DNA from: Steroidobacteraceae bacterium
GTDB taxonomy: Bacteria; Pseudomonadota; Gammaproteobacteria; Steroidobacterales; Steroidobacteraceae
Length of the DNA: 64,000 bases
Reading direction: 5' to 3'
Assembly (NCBI GenBank): GCA_025451845.1
Contig: JANWJS010000028.1
Coordinates: 28,189-92,188, forward strand
Shown piece by piece: positions 39,981 to 48,270 of this stretch. How positions within the stretch are numbered: position 1 is the first letter of the stretch; every line of letters starts with the position of its first letter. The notes under the pieces were generated by a model that was not told where the DNA came from, ran no database searches, and worked only from the letters and a program-made list of their open reading frames with translations. The position numbers and the translations under genes are program-made.

Positions 39981-40573
39981 TGGAAGCCGTGATCATCGAC
40001 AGCGGCGGAGCCAACCTCGCCTCGCTGCAATTCGCGCTGGAGAGACTGGGCGTCCGGGCTGCCGTGACTTCTGATGTGCGCGCCATCGCGGCAGCGGCGA
40101 GAGTCCTTCTGCCGGGGGTGGGATCGGCCGAAGATGCGATGCAGAGGCTGCGGCGCGCCCGCGTCGCGCAGTTGCTGCCGACCTTGCGCCAGCCGGTGCT
40201 CGGCATCTGCCTCGGGATGCAACTCCTCTTCGAGCACTCGGCGGAGGGCATGACCGAGTGCCTGGGTGTCCTTCCGGGGGCGGTGCGGCGAATGCAGCCG
40301 GCTCGCGGACGGCCCGTGCCGCATATGGGATGGAATCAGCTCACCGGCTCGCGTCAGGACCCCCTGCTCGAGGGCATCGATCCGGGCGAGTACTTTTACT
40401 TCGTGCACGGCTACGCGGTGCCCGTATCAGAGGTCACGATTGCCCACGTGCACTATGGCGAGGCGGTCTCGGCGGTAGTCAGGCGCGATAACTTCTGGGG
40501 CACGCAGTTCCACCCGGAGCGGTCCGCATCGGCGGGCGCGCGCCTCCTGGGCAACTTCCTCAAATTGACTTGA
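39980..40573 (+). CDS. hisH: Imidazole glycerol phosphate synthase, glutaminase subunit
   Basis: MEAVIIDSGGANLASL...LPGVGSA...GICLGMQLLF...VHGY...FHPERS. The ATG shares its A with the hisB TGA. The track ORF start at 39614 is an in-frame upstream artefact. Confidence 0.9.
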   Translation: MEAVIIDSGGANLASLQFALERLGVRAAVTSDVRAIAAAARVLLPGVGSAEDAMQRLRRARVAQLLPTLRQPVLGICLGMQLLFEHSAEGMTECLGVLPGAVRRMQPARGRPVPHMGWNQLTGSRQDPLLEGIDPGEYFYFVHGYAVPVSEVTIAHVHYGEAVSAVVRRDNFWGTQFHPERSASAGARLLGNFLKLT

Positions 40574-40594
40574 GTGTGCGGAGACGACCGGCCG

Positions 40595-41335
40595 ATGTTG
40601 TTGATTCCTGCCATCGACTTGCGCGGCGGACACTGTGTCCGCCTGTACCAAGGGGATTTCGGGGCGGAGACCCGATATGAGTACTCTCCGCGGCAGCTCC
40701 TGGAGAAATATCGCGCGCTCGGAGCGTCCTGGGTGCACGTGGTGGACCTGGACGGGGCACGCGACGGCGTATTGGCCAATCGCGCAGTGATTCTCGACCT
40801 CGCGGCGCAGCGCGGCCTGAGGCTGCAAGTGGGCGGCGGCATCCGGTCGGCGCAGATCATCGAGGAGCTGATCTCGAGCGGCGTCGAGCGGGTCGTCATC
40901 GGCAGCGCGGCGGTGGAGCGGCCGGACGAAGCCATCGAATGGACCAGCCGTTTCGGCGCGGACCGGATCTGCCTGGCGCTCGACGTGCGGCACGACAGCA
41001 GCGGTGAGCCGCAGTTGCGGACGCGCGGCTGGAAATCGGGCACCGCGATCTCCCTGTGGGAGGCGCTGAAGCTCTATCCGGCGGCTGCGGTGCGGCACGT
41101 CCTCTGTACCGACATCGAGCGCGACGGCGCCCTGACCGGACCCAACCTCGACCTTTATCGCGATGCCGTGAAGCGCTTTCCGCGCATTGCCTGGCAGGCC
41201 TCGGGTGGCGTGCGCGACGCCGCCGACCTCGCGGCGCTCGCCCACATCGGAGCCGCCGCGGCGGTAAGCGGCAAGGCCCTGCTCGAAGAGCGCATCAGGC
41301 CCGAGGAGCTGCGAGCATTCTTGCCAGGCGCATAA
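40595..41335 (+). CDS. hisA: ProFAR isomerase
   Basis: [22 protein letters not shown]... is the canonical HisA N-terminus. GTG 40574 is an alternative start. Confidence 0.88.
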   Translation: MLLIPAIDLRGGHCVRLYQGDFGAETRYEYSPRQLLEKYRALGASWVHVVDLDGARDGVLANRAVILDLAAQRGLRLQVGGGIRSAQIIEELISSGVERVVIGSAAVERPDEAIEWTSRFGADRICLALDVRHDSSGEPQLRTRGWKSGTAISLWEALKLYPAAAVRHVLCTDIERDGALTGPNLDLYRDAVKRFPRIAWQASGGVRDAADLAALAHIGAAAAVSGKALLEERIRPEELRAFLPGA

Positions 41336-42084
41336 TTCCCTGCCTCGACGTCCGCGACGGTCAGGTCGTCAAGGGCGTGCGCTTCCGCGACCACCGCGTC
41401 GTGGGCGACATCATGGAGCTCGCCACGCGCTACCGCGATGAGGGCGCCGACGAGCTCGTCTTCTATGACATCACGGCGAGCCCGGAGGGCCGCTCGGTGG
41501 ACCGCGGCTGGGTGCGGCGGGTGGCCCGGGTGCTCGACATTCCGTTCTGCGTGGCCGGCGGTATCCGTTGCGTGGCCGACGCCGAGGAGGTCCTCAATGC
41601 CGGCGCCGAGAAAATCTCGATCAACTCCCCGGCACTGGCCGATCCCGACCTCATCGGGGCCCTGAGCGGCCGCTTCGGCTCCCAGTGCGTCGTCGTCGGC
41701 ATCGACAGCCAGCTGACAAGCGCCGGCTACCGTGCATATCAGTTCACCGGCGACCCGGACTGCACCCGCGAGTCCGGCCGCGACATGCTCGCCTGGGTGC
41801 GCGAGGTGCAGGAGCGCGGCGCCGGCGAGATCGTGCTCAACTGCATGGGGAACGACGGCGTACGCCGCGGCTATGACATCGAGCAATTGCGGGCGGTCCG
41901 GGAGATCTGCCACGTGCCGCTCGTCGCTTCCGGCGGCGCGGGTGCGGTGCAGCACTTTACCGCGGTGTTCCGCGAAGCCGGCGTCGACGCCGCCCTCGCC
42001 GCGAGCGTCTTCCACACCGGCGCCATCGCCATTCCCGACCTCAAGCGCGCGCTGCGCGCCGCGGCCATCGACGTGAGACCTTAA
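41317..42084 (+). CDS. hisF: Imidazole glycerol phosphate synthase, cyclase subunit (apparent ATT start)
   Basis: (I)[22 protein letters not shown]... is colinear with E. coli His[24 protein letters not shown]. An ATT codon (41317) sits at the Met position, 8 nt after GAGGAG (41303-41308). No ATG, GTG or TTG lies nearby in frame. Confidence 0.85.
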   Translation: MLARRIIPCLDVRDGQVVKGVRFRDHRVVGDIMELATRYRDEGADELVFYDITASPEGRSVDRGWVRRVARVLDIPFCVAGGIRCVADAEEVLNAGAEKISINSPALADPDLIGALSGRFGSQCVVVGIDSQLTSAGYRAYQFTGDPDCTRESGRDMLAWVREVQERGAGEIVLNCMGNDGVRRGYDIEQLRAVREICHVPLVASGGAGAVQHFTAVFREAGVDAALAASVFHTGAIAIPDLKRALRAAAIDVRP

Positions 42085-42697
42085 CGTCTTCCCGTCCCTG
42101 AAGGGAGGGGATTTCCGTCCTCTGGAGGCCGACGTTCCAGCCCGAGACGAGGATATGGATAGCAGAGTTGATGTCCCGGTCATGCCAAGCACCACAGCTA
42201 CCACAAATCCACTCTCTTACTACGAGGTCTTCTCGACCTTTTGGGCCGCCGCACACACCGCATGCGGAACAGACCTGCGTGGTCATTCGCTCGTCAACCT
42301 CGATGTATTCGGCTCCGTGCCTGATGGCTTTGTAGCGGACTTGCGATCGAAGCTGCGACCAGCCGGCATCGAGCACGGACCTGGCCAGGCTGGTCCTGGC
42401 CAGTGCACAGAAATTGACGTTGCCGACGCAGATGCGCCGGTTGCGGTGTGCATCCCGCGAGACGGCAAACTGCTTGCAGACCGCCTGCACGGTGTCCGAG
42501 TGCAGCCCGAGGAGCTTACTGCTACCGCAGGTGAGCTTGATCAGATCGAAACCCGAGGGCCAGTGCCTGTTGTGTCGCCGGGCGGCTTCCTGGATCTCGC
42601 CGCAGTAGTTCCAGACGTAGTGCACCGCCCGAGCTTGTCGGAGAAGATGCCGGCCGGTGGTCGCATCCTTGATCCGGTAGCGATAGGTCAGCACCAT
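42041..42697 (-). CDS. TnpB-family (IS200/IS605 accessory, RNA-guided nuclease family) protein, internally deleted; possibly a pseudogene or exapted gene
   Basis: ATG 42697 gives [11 protein letters not shown]...VHYVWNY... (TnpB N-terminus). The sequence then jumps directly to ...[25 protein letters not shown]...YKA...TTQVCSACG...[21 protein letters not shown] (Zn ribbon plus RuvC-III). About 150 aa that normally carry the RuvC-I Asp appear to be missing. The last 14 codons run into the hisF 3' end. Confidence 0.6.
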   Translation of the reverse strand: MVLTYRYRIKDATTGRHLLRQARAVHYVWNYCGEIQEAARRHNRHWPSGFDLIKLTCGSSKLLGLHSDTVQAVCKQFAVSRDAHRNRRICVGNVNFCALARTSLARSVLDAGWSQLRSQVRYKAIRHGAEYIEVDERMTTQVCSACGVCGGPKGREDLVVREWICGSCGAWHDRDINSAIHILVSGWNVGLQRTEIPSLQGREDVKVSRRWPRRAARA

Positions 42698-42945
42698 GGC
42701 AACATCGTGCTGGATAGATGTCATAGAATCAAGATAGACGCTAAACATTTTGCAGGAATTTTCACGCCTGACTTCGCATCCGCAATGACAGGCATCACCA
42801 ACATGTATGGAACAATGCGACTGGGCGGCGGCTTGCAAGACGCCCACCGCCGATGCTCGAGAATACGTCATCCCCGGCATCGCTCTGCAACGGTGAAGGG
42901 GAGTCACAGAGCGCCTCCTCCTCGCCCTGAACGGCGAGGTTTCCG
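42088..42945 (-). mobile_element. Putative TnpB-only IS200/IS605-type element remnant between hisF and hisIE
   Basis: The hisF-hisIE gap is 876 bp, whereas the other his genes abut or overlap. It holds the antisense tnpB-like ORF and a locally AT-richer stretch (about 42700-42790). It is bounded by two similar plus-strand hairpins sharing CCCTGAA: CCCGTCCCTGAAGGGAGGGG (42091-42110) and CCTCGCCCTGAACGGCGAGG (42920-42939). The boundaries are approximate. Confidence 0.45.
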
Positions 42946-42960
42946 GCGCGGGGAGTTCAG

Positions 42961-43641
42961 ATGAACCAGACAACGGCGCCCGGCCCTCTGCTCGCGCTCG
43001 CGGACATCGCCACCCTCGACTTCGACAAGAGCGGCGGCCTGCTGCCCGCGGTGGTCCAGCACGCGCAGGGCGGCGCCGTGCTGATGCTGGGTTACATGAA
43101 TCGTGACGCGCTGCGCGAGACCTTGACACGGCGGCGCGTCGTCTTCTTCAGCCGCAGCCGCCAGTGCCTCTGGGAGAAGGGCGAGACCTCCGGTCATACG
43201 CTGGAGCTGGCCGGCGTGCGCACCGACTGCGACCGCGACTCCCTGCTGGTCACCGCCATTCCCACGGGACCCGTGTGCCACCTCGGCACCGCCACCTGCT
43301 TTGGCGACGCCGCGCCCGCTACGGCCGACCGCCTGGCGTTCCTCGGTGCGCTGGAGACCGTGATCGCCCAGCGCATGGCCGATCGGCCCGAGGGCAGTTA
43401 CACCGCCCGGCTGTATGCCCAGGGGCCCAAGCGCATCGCGCAGAAGGTCGGCGAGGAGGGGTTGGAAGTTGCCCTTGCCGCCGTGGCGGAAACCGATGAC
43501 AAGCTCGTCGCCGAATCCGCCGACCTTCTCTATCACCTCCTGCTCCTCCTCAAGAGCCGCGGCCTGCGGCTCGAGCATGTCCTCGCGGAGCTCGAGTCCC
43601 GGCATGCCGGTCGCACGCGCGCCGCCGCAAGCGAAGACTGA
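42961..43641 (+). CDS. hisI: Bifunctional phosphoribosyl-AMP cyclohydrolase / phosphoribosyl-ATP pyrophosphatase
   Basis: ...GLLPAVVQHAQGGAVLMLGYMNRDAL...FFSRSRQCLWEKGETSGH...DCDRDSLL...CH.G..TCF (HisI), then ...YTARLYAQGPKRIAQKVGEEG.E...ESADLLYHLLLLL (HisE). Confidence 0.9.
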   Translation: MNQTTAPGPLLALADIATLDFDKSGGLLPAVVQHAQGGAVLMLGYMNRDALRETLTRRRVVFFSRSRQCLWEKGETSGHTLELAGVRTDCDRDSLLVTAIPTGPVCHLGTATCFGDAAPATADRLAFLGALETVIAQRMADRPEGSYTARLYAQGPKRIAQKVGEEGLEVALAAVAETDDKLVAESADLLYHLLLLLKSRGLRLEHVLAELESRHAGRTRAAASED

Positions 43642-43937
43642 GTCGGCCGCGCCGGATTGCCAACACCGCTCGGCTGCACGGCTGCGTCGACGGTCCGCTT
43701 GGTACCAGGAGCACTTCCGGATGGCCTACACGGATGGCGCGCGGCTCTACACGGCGGCGGTCACTTTCACCTTCTGAGCCTGCCGGGCGCCCCCCGCATC
43801 CGGACCCTGCTTCGCGGGCGCAGCCGCCTCTGCGGCCCGCGCTGTAGCCGCGCGGCGACGGTTCCTGCTCAGGAACGATTCTTGATGCGCGACAGAGCCT
43901 CGCTGCAGGCGCCGTCGCGCGGATTATCATCGAATCG

Positions 43938-45332
43938 ATGCGTATCGTTCCCCTGGCCGCAGTCGCCCTTGTCGCGCTCTGCTCCTGCGCGCAACTGCCG
44001 CGGGTCAATGAGCACCAGCTGTTGCAGGAAGCCTCCGGCTCCCAGCAGATCCGGGTCTACGGCACTCGCGGGCCGCTGTCCGCGCGCCAGGCGCGGAGAG
44101 TTCTCGCCCGTGTCAATGCCCAAGCCCCCGATGCCGATGCGTTCGACCGCGAGCTGGCGATCGAGCAGGTCATTGCCGAAAGTCCGCTGTATGCCGGCAA
44201 CAACGTTCAGGTTCTACAGGACGGCAAGCAGACCTTTCCGGCGATGTTCGCCGCCATGCAGGGGGCGCAGCATTTCATCTATCTCGAGTACTACACCCTG
44301 CAGAACGTGCAAAGTGGCAGCCACAAGCTCAGCGATCTGCTCGCGGCAAAGAGCCAGGCCGGAATCCGCGTCCGGGTAATCTACGATGCCGTCGGCTCAC
44401 TCGGTACCCCGGCGACATTCTTCGCACGCCTGCGTGATGCCGGCGTGCAATTCGTACGCTACAACCCGATCAACCCCCTGAAGGGGCCCATGTCGCTGAA
44501 CCAGCGCGATCATCGCAAGATTCTGGTGGTCGACGATAGGCTGGCCATCGTCGGCGGCGTGAATCTGAGTACGACGTACGAGAGCGTGCCGCCGCTTGCC
44601 CACGCGCTCGGGGGCAAGCAGCAGCCGCTGCCCAAGTCCGGCCAGCCCGTCTGGCACGATGTCGATCTGGAGATTCGCGGCCCGGCCGTGCCCCAGCTCT
44701 CACGGCTCTTTCGCGCGCACTGGCTCGAGCAGAAGGGCCCGCCGCTGCCACCCGACGTTCCCGCCCGGATGGCACCGCAAGGCAAGGACATCGTGCGCGT
44801 AGTCGGCAGCAGCCCGACCAAGCTCGCCACCCGCTACTACGTGTCGGTCCTCACAGCCATCCGCTCGGCACAGAGCAGCATCTGGATGACGGCCGCCTAT
44901 TTCGTGCCGACCCGCCAGGAGCTGCATGCGCTGCGAGCGGCTGCCCGCCGCGGTGTCGACGTCCGTATCCTCTTGCCTTCGCACAGCGATGTCGGCGCCA
45001 CGCTTGCCGTGCAACGCTCCTATTATCCCGAGCTGCTGGCGGCCCATATCAAAGTCTATGAGCGCAGCGACGGCATCGTCCATTCGAAGAGCATGGTGGT
45101 GGATGATGTCTGGTCGCTGGTCGGCTCATCCAACTTCGATCAGAGAAGCATCCTCTTCAACGACGAAGTCGACGTCGTGGTGCTCGGCAACGATACGGCG
45201 AACCAGCTCCGCGGGACCATACTGACCGACATCCAGCATGGCAAGCGGATCGGCTGGGATATGGTGCGCCATCAAGGCGCTCTGCAGCGGATGCGGGGCT
45301 GGTTCTGGAGATTGTGGCAGCAGCTGTTGTGA
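43938..45332 (+). CDS. Phospholipase D-family cardiolipin synthase (ClsB-like), probable lipoprotein
   Basis: Two HKD motifs (HRKILVVDD and HSKSMVVDD). The N-terminus MRIVPLAAVALVALCSCAQ has a lipobox-like LCSC. Confidence 0.8.
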   Translation: MRIVPLAAVALVALCSCAQLPRVNEHQLLQEASGSQQIRVYGTRGPLSARQARRVLARVNAQAPDADAFDRELAIEQVIAESPLYAGNNVQVLQDGKQTFPAMFAAMQGAQHFIYLEYYTLQNVQSGSHKLSDLLAAKSQAGIRVRVIYDAVGSLGTPATFFARLRDAGVQFVRYNPINPLKGPMSLNQRDHRKILVVDDRLAIVGGVNLSTTYESVPPLAHALGGKQQPLPKSGQPVWHDVDLEIRGPAVPQLSRLFRAHWLEQKGPPLPPDVPARMAPQGKDIVRVVGSSPTKLATRYYVSVLTAIRSAQSSIWMTAAYFVPTRQELHALRAAARRGVDVRILLPSHSDVGATLAVQRSYYPELLAAHIKVYERSDGIVHSKSMVVDDVWSLVGSSNFDQRSILFNDEVDVVVLGNDTANQLRGTILTDIQHGKRIGWDMVRHQGALQRMRGWFWRLWQQLL

Positions 45333-45346
45333 GCCGCGCCGGCGGA

Positions 45347-45901
45347 TCATTGCGGCGAGAGACGGGCCGCTTTCTCTTCGGCCAGGTAGGCCTCGTCATT
45401 GCGTCCCTGGGCGCGCAGCGACGCCGCGATGAGCTGCCAGGCGGATGCCTGGGCGCGCGGGTCGCCGCTGGCCAGATAGAGCGCCTTGCGCCCCATGCCA
45501 TACGCCTGCGCCGCGTTGCTCGCGAGAATGTTCTCCCGCCCCAACTCGATCCACACCAGCGGATTGTGCGGCTCGATGCTCAAGGCGCGCTCCAGCGTCT
45601 GCGCCGCCACCCCGAAGTTGCGGCTCTGCTCCTGCGTGTGCGCGTCCGCGACCAGGGCGGCCGCTGCGGCGCCTAGCGCGAACTGCCGCTGCTGCGGCGC
45701 CTGTTGCTCGGGCGGTGTGGCCGCGGGCGCTCCGGCGAAAGGCGCCGGCTGTGCGGCCGGCGCGCCGGGCTGCGGCGCCTGCCGCTCCCGGGTTTGCGGA
45801 TAACCGGCCGTGTTGCCCGCGGTCTGCGCCGGCGGCGGACTCAGCAACGCGCAGCCTGCCACCAGTCCACCGAGCACGAGCGCACCGAACATCAGCTTCA
45901 C
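45347..45901 (-). CDS. Lipoprotein with Pro/Ala/Gln-rich linker and C-terminal TPR domain (LpoP-like candidate PBP1B activator)
   Basis: Start at GTG 45901 or ATG 45892 gives (VKL)MFGALVLGGLVAGC, a signal peptide with lipobox. A roughly 60-aa low-complexity linker (PPPAQTAGN...PPEQQAPQQ) follows, then a TPR-like helical domain. Begins 14 nt after the mrcB stop. The track ORF extension to 46054 overlaps mrcB and is rejected. Confidence 0.55.
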   Translation of the reverse strand: MKLMFGALVLGGLVAGCALLSPPPAQTAGNTAGYPQTRERQAPQPGAPAAQPAPFAGAPAATPPEQQAPQQRQFALGAAAAALVADAHTQEQSRNFGVAAQTLERALSIEPHNPLVWIELGRENILASNAAQAYGMGRKALYLASGDPRAQASAWQLIAASLRAQGRNDEAYLAEEKAARLSPQ

Positions 45902-45915
45902 GGCTTCCAACCCCC

Positions 45916-48270
45916 TCAATGCACCAACTTGTGTACCCACTGCCCGGCGCGCTCCAACAGCGTCCCCGCCGTAGTGCCGGTTCCGCACCCCGGCATCGGC
46001 GGCACTTGCGTGCCCATCGGCAGAGCCACCTGCACCGGCACCGCCCCCGTGCAACCGGGCTGCACCCCCATGCCGGTCTGATAGTCGATCCAGGTTTCCG
46101 TCACCCCCTCAGGCTCCGGCAGCTCGACTGAGGGCGCGCCGAGTGCAGCCATCAGATGGGCCCAGACCGGCAGCGCACCCTCCGAGCCCGTCAGCCCCGT
46201 CGGCTGATAGTGATCGTATCCCACCCAGACTACCGCCAGATCGCCGCCCGAGAACCCCGCAAACCAGCTGTCGCGGTCCTGTGAGGATGTGCCGGACTTG
46301 CCCGCTGTCACGAGTCCGGGTGGCAGGACACGCAAGGCGGCCCGTCCGGTGCCATGCGTCATCACCTGCTGCATCATGCTCGCAACTTGATAAACGTCTG
46401 CTGAAGGAGCGACCTGCGTGACCTGCAGCGGGAAGGCCTTGAGCGTCTTGCCGTCAGCGCTGACGACCCCCTGCACGGCGCGCAGCGGCGTCCGGAATCC
46501 CCCGTTCGCGAGCCCGTTGTAGAGCTGTGCGACCTCCAGCGGCGAGATGTCGATGGCCCCCAGCAGCATTGCCGGCACTTGATCCGGCGCTTGCTGCAGT
46601 CCGAATCGCCGCAACGTGTTGGAGATCTTATCGAGACCAATGTCCATGCCGACGCCTACGGTCGCATCATTCAGTGACTCCGCGAGTGCATAAACGACCG
46701 GTACCGCCCCATAGTTGCGCCGCGTAAAGTTCTCCGGCCGCCAGTACCGTCCGTTGGCGAGCTTGATGCTGACCGGCTGGTCCTGAATGACGGTGGCTGC
46801 GTTGTAGCGCCCTGTCTCGAGCGCCGTGAGATAGATGAAGGGCTTCACCAGCGATCCGATGGAACGGCGTGCATCCAGGGCACGATTGAAGCCGTCGAAG
46901 TCGACATTGCGTGCGCCCACCAGGGCAAGTACGTCACCACTCTGCGGCGATGTGACGACAAGCGCTCCTTCCAGCTTCGCGCCGCGGCGTTGATGCCGCT
47001 TGTCGAGCGCCCGCAGCTGCGTATCGAGGGACTGTTCCGCCAGCTCCTGAGCACGGGGCTGGAGGCTGGTATAGATCCGCAGTCCGGCTTCCGTCAGCTC
47101 CTTTTCCGGATAGTCGCGCTGCAGCGTCCGGCGCACGAGGTCGAGGTACGCCGGATAGTAGGCCCCGGAGGCCCCATGAGTGACCCCGAGCGGCTGACGC
47201 TCGGCGGTCTGAGCCTGTTCCGGCTTGACGACACCCTGCTGAGCGAGGATCTGCAGCACCAGGTTGCGCCTGGCAAGCGTGCGCGGCGCGTGCTTGCGAG
47301 GGTCGTAGTAGGTCGGTCCCCGCACGATCGCCACCAGCGTCGCGATCTGCGGCAGGTCGAGCTCCGCCAGCGGCTTGCCGAAGTAGAACTCGCTCGCCAG
47401 CCCGAAGCCGTGAATGGAGCGGTTGCCGTCCTGCCCGAGGAAGATCTCATTGATATAAGCGTTCATGAGATCGGCCTTGCCGAAGTGCGCGGCCAGGGCG
47501 ACCGCCATGATCGCCTCGCGCGCCTTGCGTCCGAGCGTCTGTCGGTTCGTGAGGAAGTAGCTCCTGACGAGCTGCTGGGTCAGCGTGCTGCCGCCCTCCT
47601 CGATGCGGCGCGAGCGCAGATCGACCCAGAGCGCCCGTAGGATCGCCAGCGGGTCGACGCCCCGGTTGGTATCGAAGCTGCGGTCCTCTACGGCTTTCAA
47701 CGCTGCCGGCAGGAGCGGGGGCACCTCTTGCGGGGTCACCACGATCCTGTCGACCCCGTCAATGGGGAAGAGGCTGCCGATGAGGAGCGGATCGAGCCGC
47801 GTCACCGGCACCTCCCGGCCCGCGCTGTCGCGCAGGTCCTGGATGCCCGTGGGACCGAAAAGGACCGACAGCACCTGCGCCGGGCGGCCGCCGTCGGCGA
47901 ACTGCACGGCGCGCATCGCGACATCGATGCGAGTGCCGGTCGCGCGATAAGTGCCCGGCTGCTCGAGTTCCGTCACCGAGTGGTAGGAGAGACGCTGCAA
48001 TTCGTGCTCGAGTTGCGGCGCCGAGAGCTCGAGCCCCGCATAAAGATCCAGAGGCGCGGCATAAACGTGCGCGGGCAGCGTCCATCGTAGACCTTCGAAG
48101 CGGTGCGTGACCAGCAGGTCCAGGTAGTAGAGGTAGGCGGCGCCCGCTGCCACGCTCGCGAGCAATGTCCCGACGAGAATGCCGCCCAGCCCCCAGCGGG
48201 CCGCGGACCTTTTCCGACCTCTGGGTGGGGTGGTCCGCCCGCCCGAGGAACGCCGCGCCGAGCTCTTCAG
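45916..48270 (-). CDS. mrcB: Penicillin-binding protein 1B (bifunctional glycosyltransferase/transpeptidase); start codon unresolved
   Basis: UB2H-like region, GT51 motifs (...EDRSFDTNRGVD..., ...GGSTLTQQLV...) and TPase motifs (SIGSLVKP, SLN, KSGTS). The conserved basic tail plus TM (...GRKRSAARWGLGGILVGTLLASVAAGAAYLYYL) extends upstream of the only canonical start, TTG 48165. The upper coordinate given is the CTG at 48270. Confidence 0.85.
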   Translation of the reverse strand: MKSSARRSSGGRTTPPRGRKRSAARWGLGGILVGTLLASVAAGAAYLYYLDLLVTHRFEGLRWTLPAHVYAAPLDLYAGLELSAPQLEHELQRLSYHSVTELEQPGTYRATGTRIDVAMRAVQFADGGRPAQVLSVLFGPTGIQDLRDSAGREVPVTRLDPLLIGSLFPIDGVDRIVVTPQEVPPLLPAALKAVEDRSFDTNRGVDPLAILRALWVDLRSRRIEEGGSTLTQQLVRSYFLTNRQTLGRKAREAIMAVALAAHFGKADLMNAYINEIFLGQDGNRSIHGFGLASEFYFGKPLAELDLPQIATLVAIVRGPTYYDPRKHAPRTLARRNLVLQILAQQGVVKPEQAQTAERQPLGVTHGASGAYYPAYLDLVRRTLQRDYPEKELTEAGLRIYTSLQPRAQELAEQSLDTQLRALDKRHQRRGAKLEGALVVTSPQSGDVLALVGARNVDFDGFNRALDARRSIGSLVKPFIYLTALETGRYNAATVIQDQPVSIKLANGRYWRPENFTRRNYGAVPVVYALAESLNDATVGVGMDIGLDKISNTLRRFGLQQAPDQVPAMLLGAIDISPLEVAQLYNGLANGGFRTPLRAVQGVVSADGKTLKAFPLQVTQVAPSADVYQVASMMQQVMTHGTGRAALRVLPPGLVTAGKSGTSSQDRDSWFAGFSGGDLAVVWVGYDHYQPTGLTGSEGALPVWAHLMAALGAPSVELPEPEGVTETWIDYQTGMGVQPGCTGAVPVQVALPMGTQVPPMPGCGTGTTAGTLLERAGQWVHKLVH

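Noticed and set aside
42698-43129. 144-codon N-terminal extension of the TnpB-like track ORF (MSRSRAARHD...).
   Set aside because: It is Arg-rich with no TnpB similarity and overlaps the hisIE start on the opposite strand. The TnpB-like sequence begins at MVLTYRYR (ATG 42697).
43859-43874. Small hairpin GTTCCT-GCTC-AGGAAC followed by GATTCTTG after hisIE, considered as the his operon terminator.
   Set aside because: It has only a 6-bp stem, a poor U-tract, and lies about 220 nt after the hisIE stop. Too weak to annotate.
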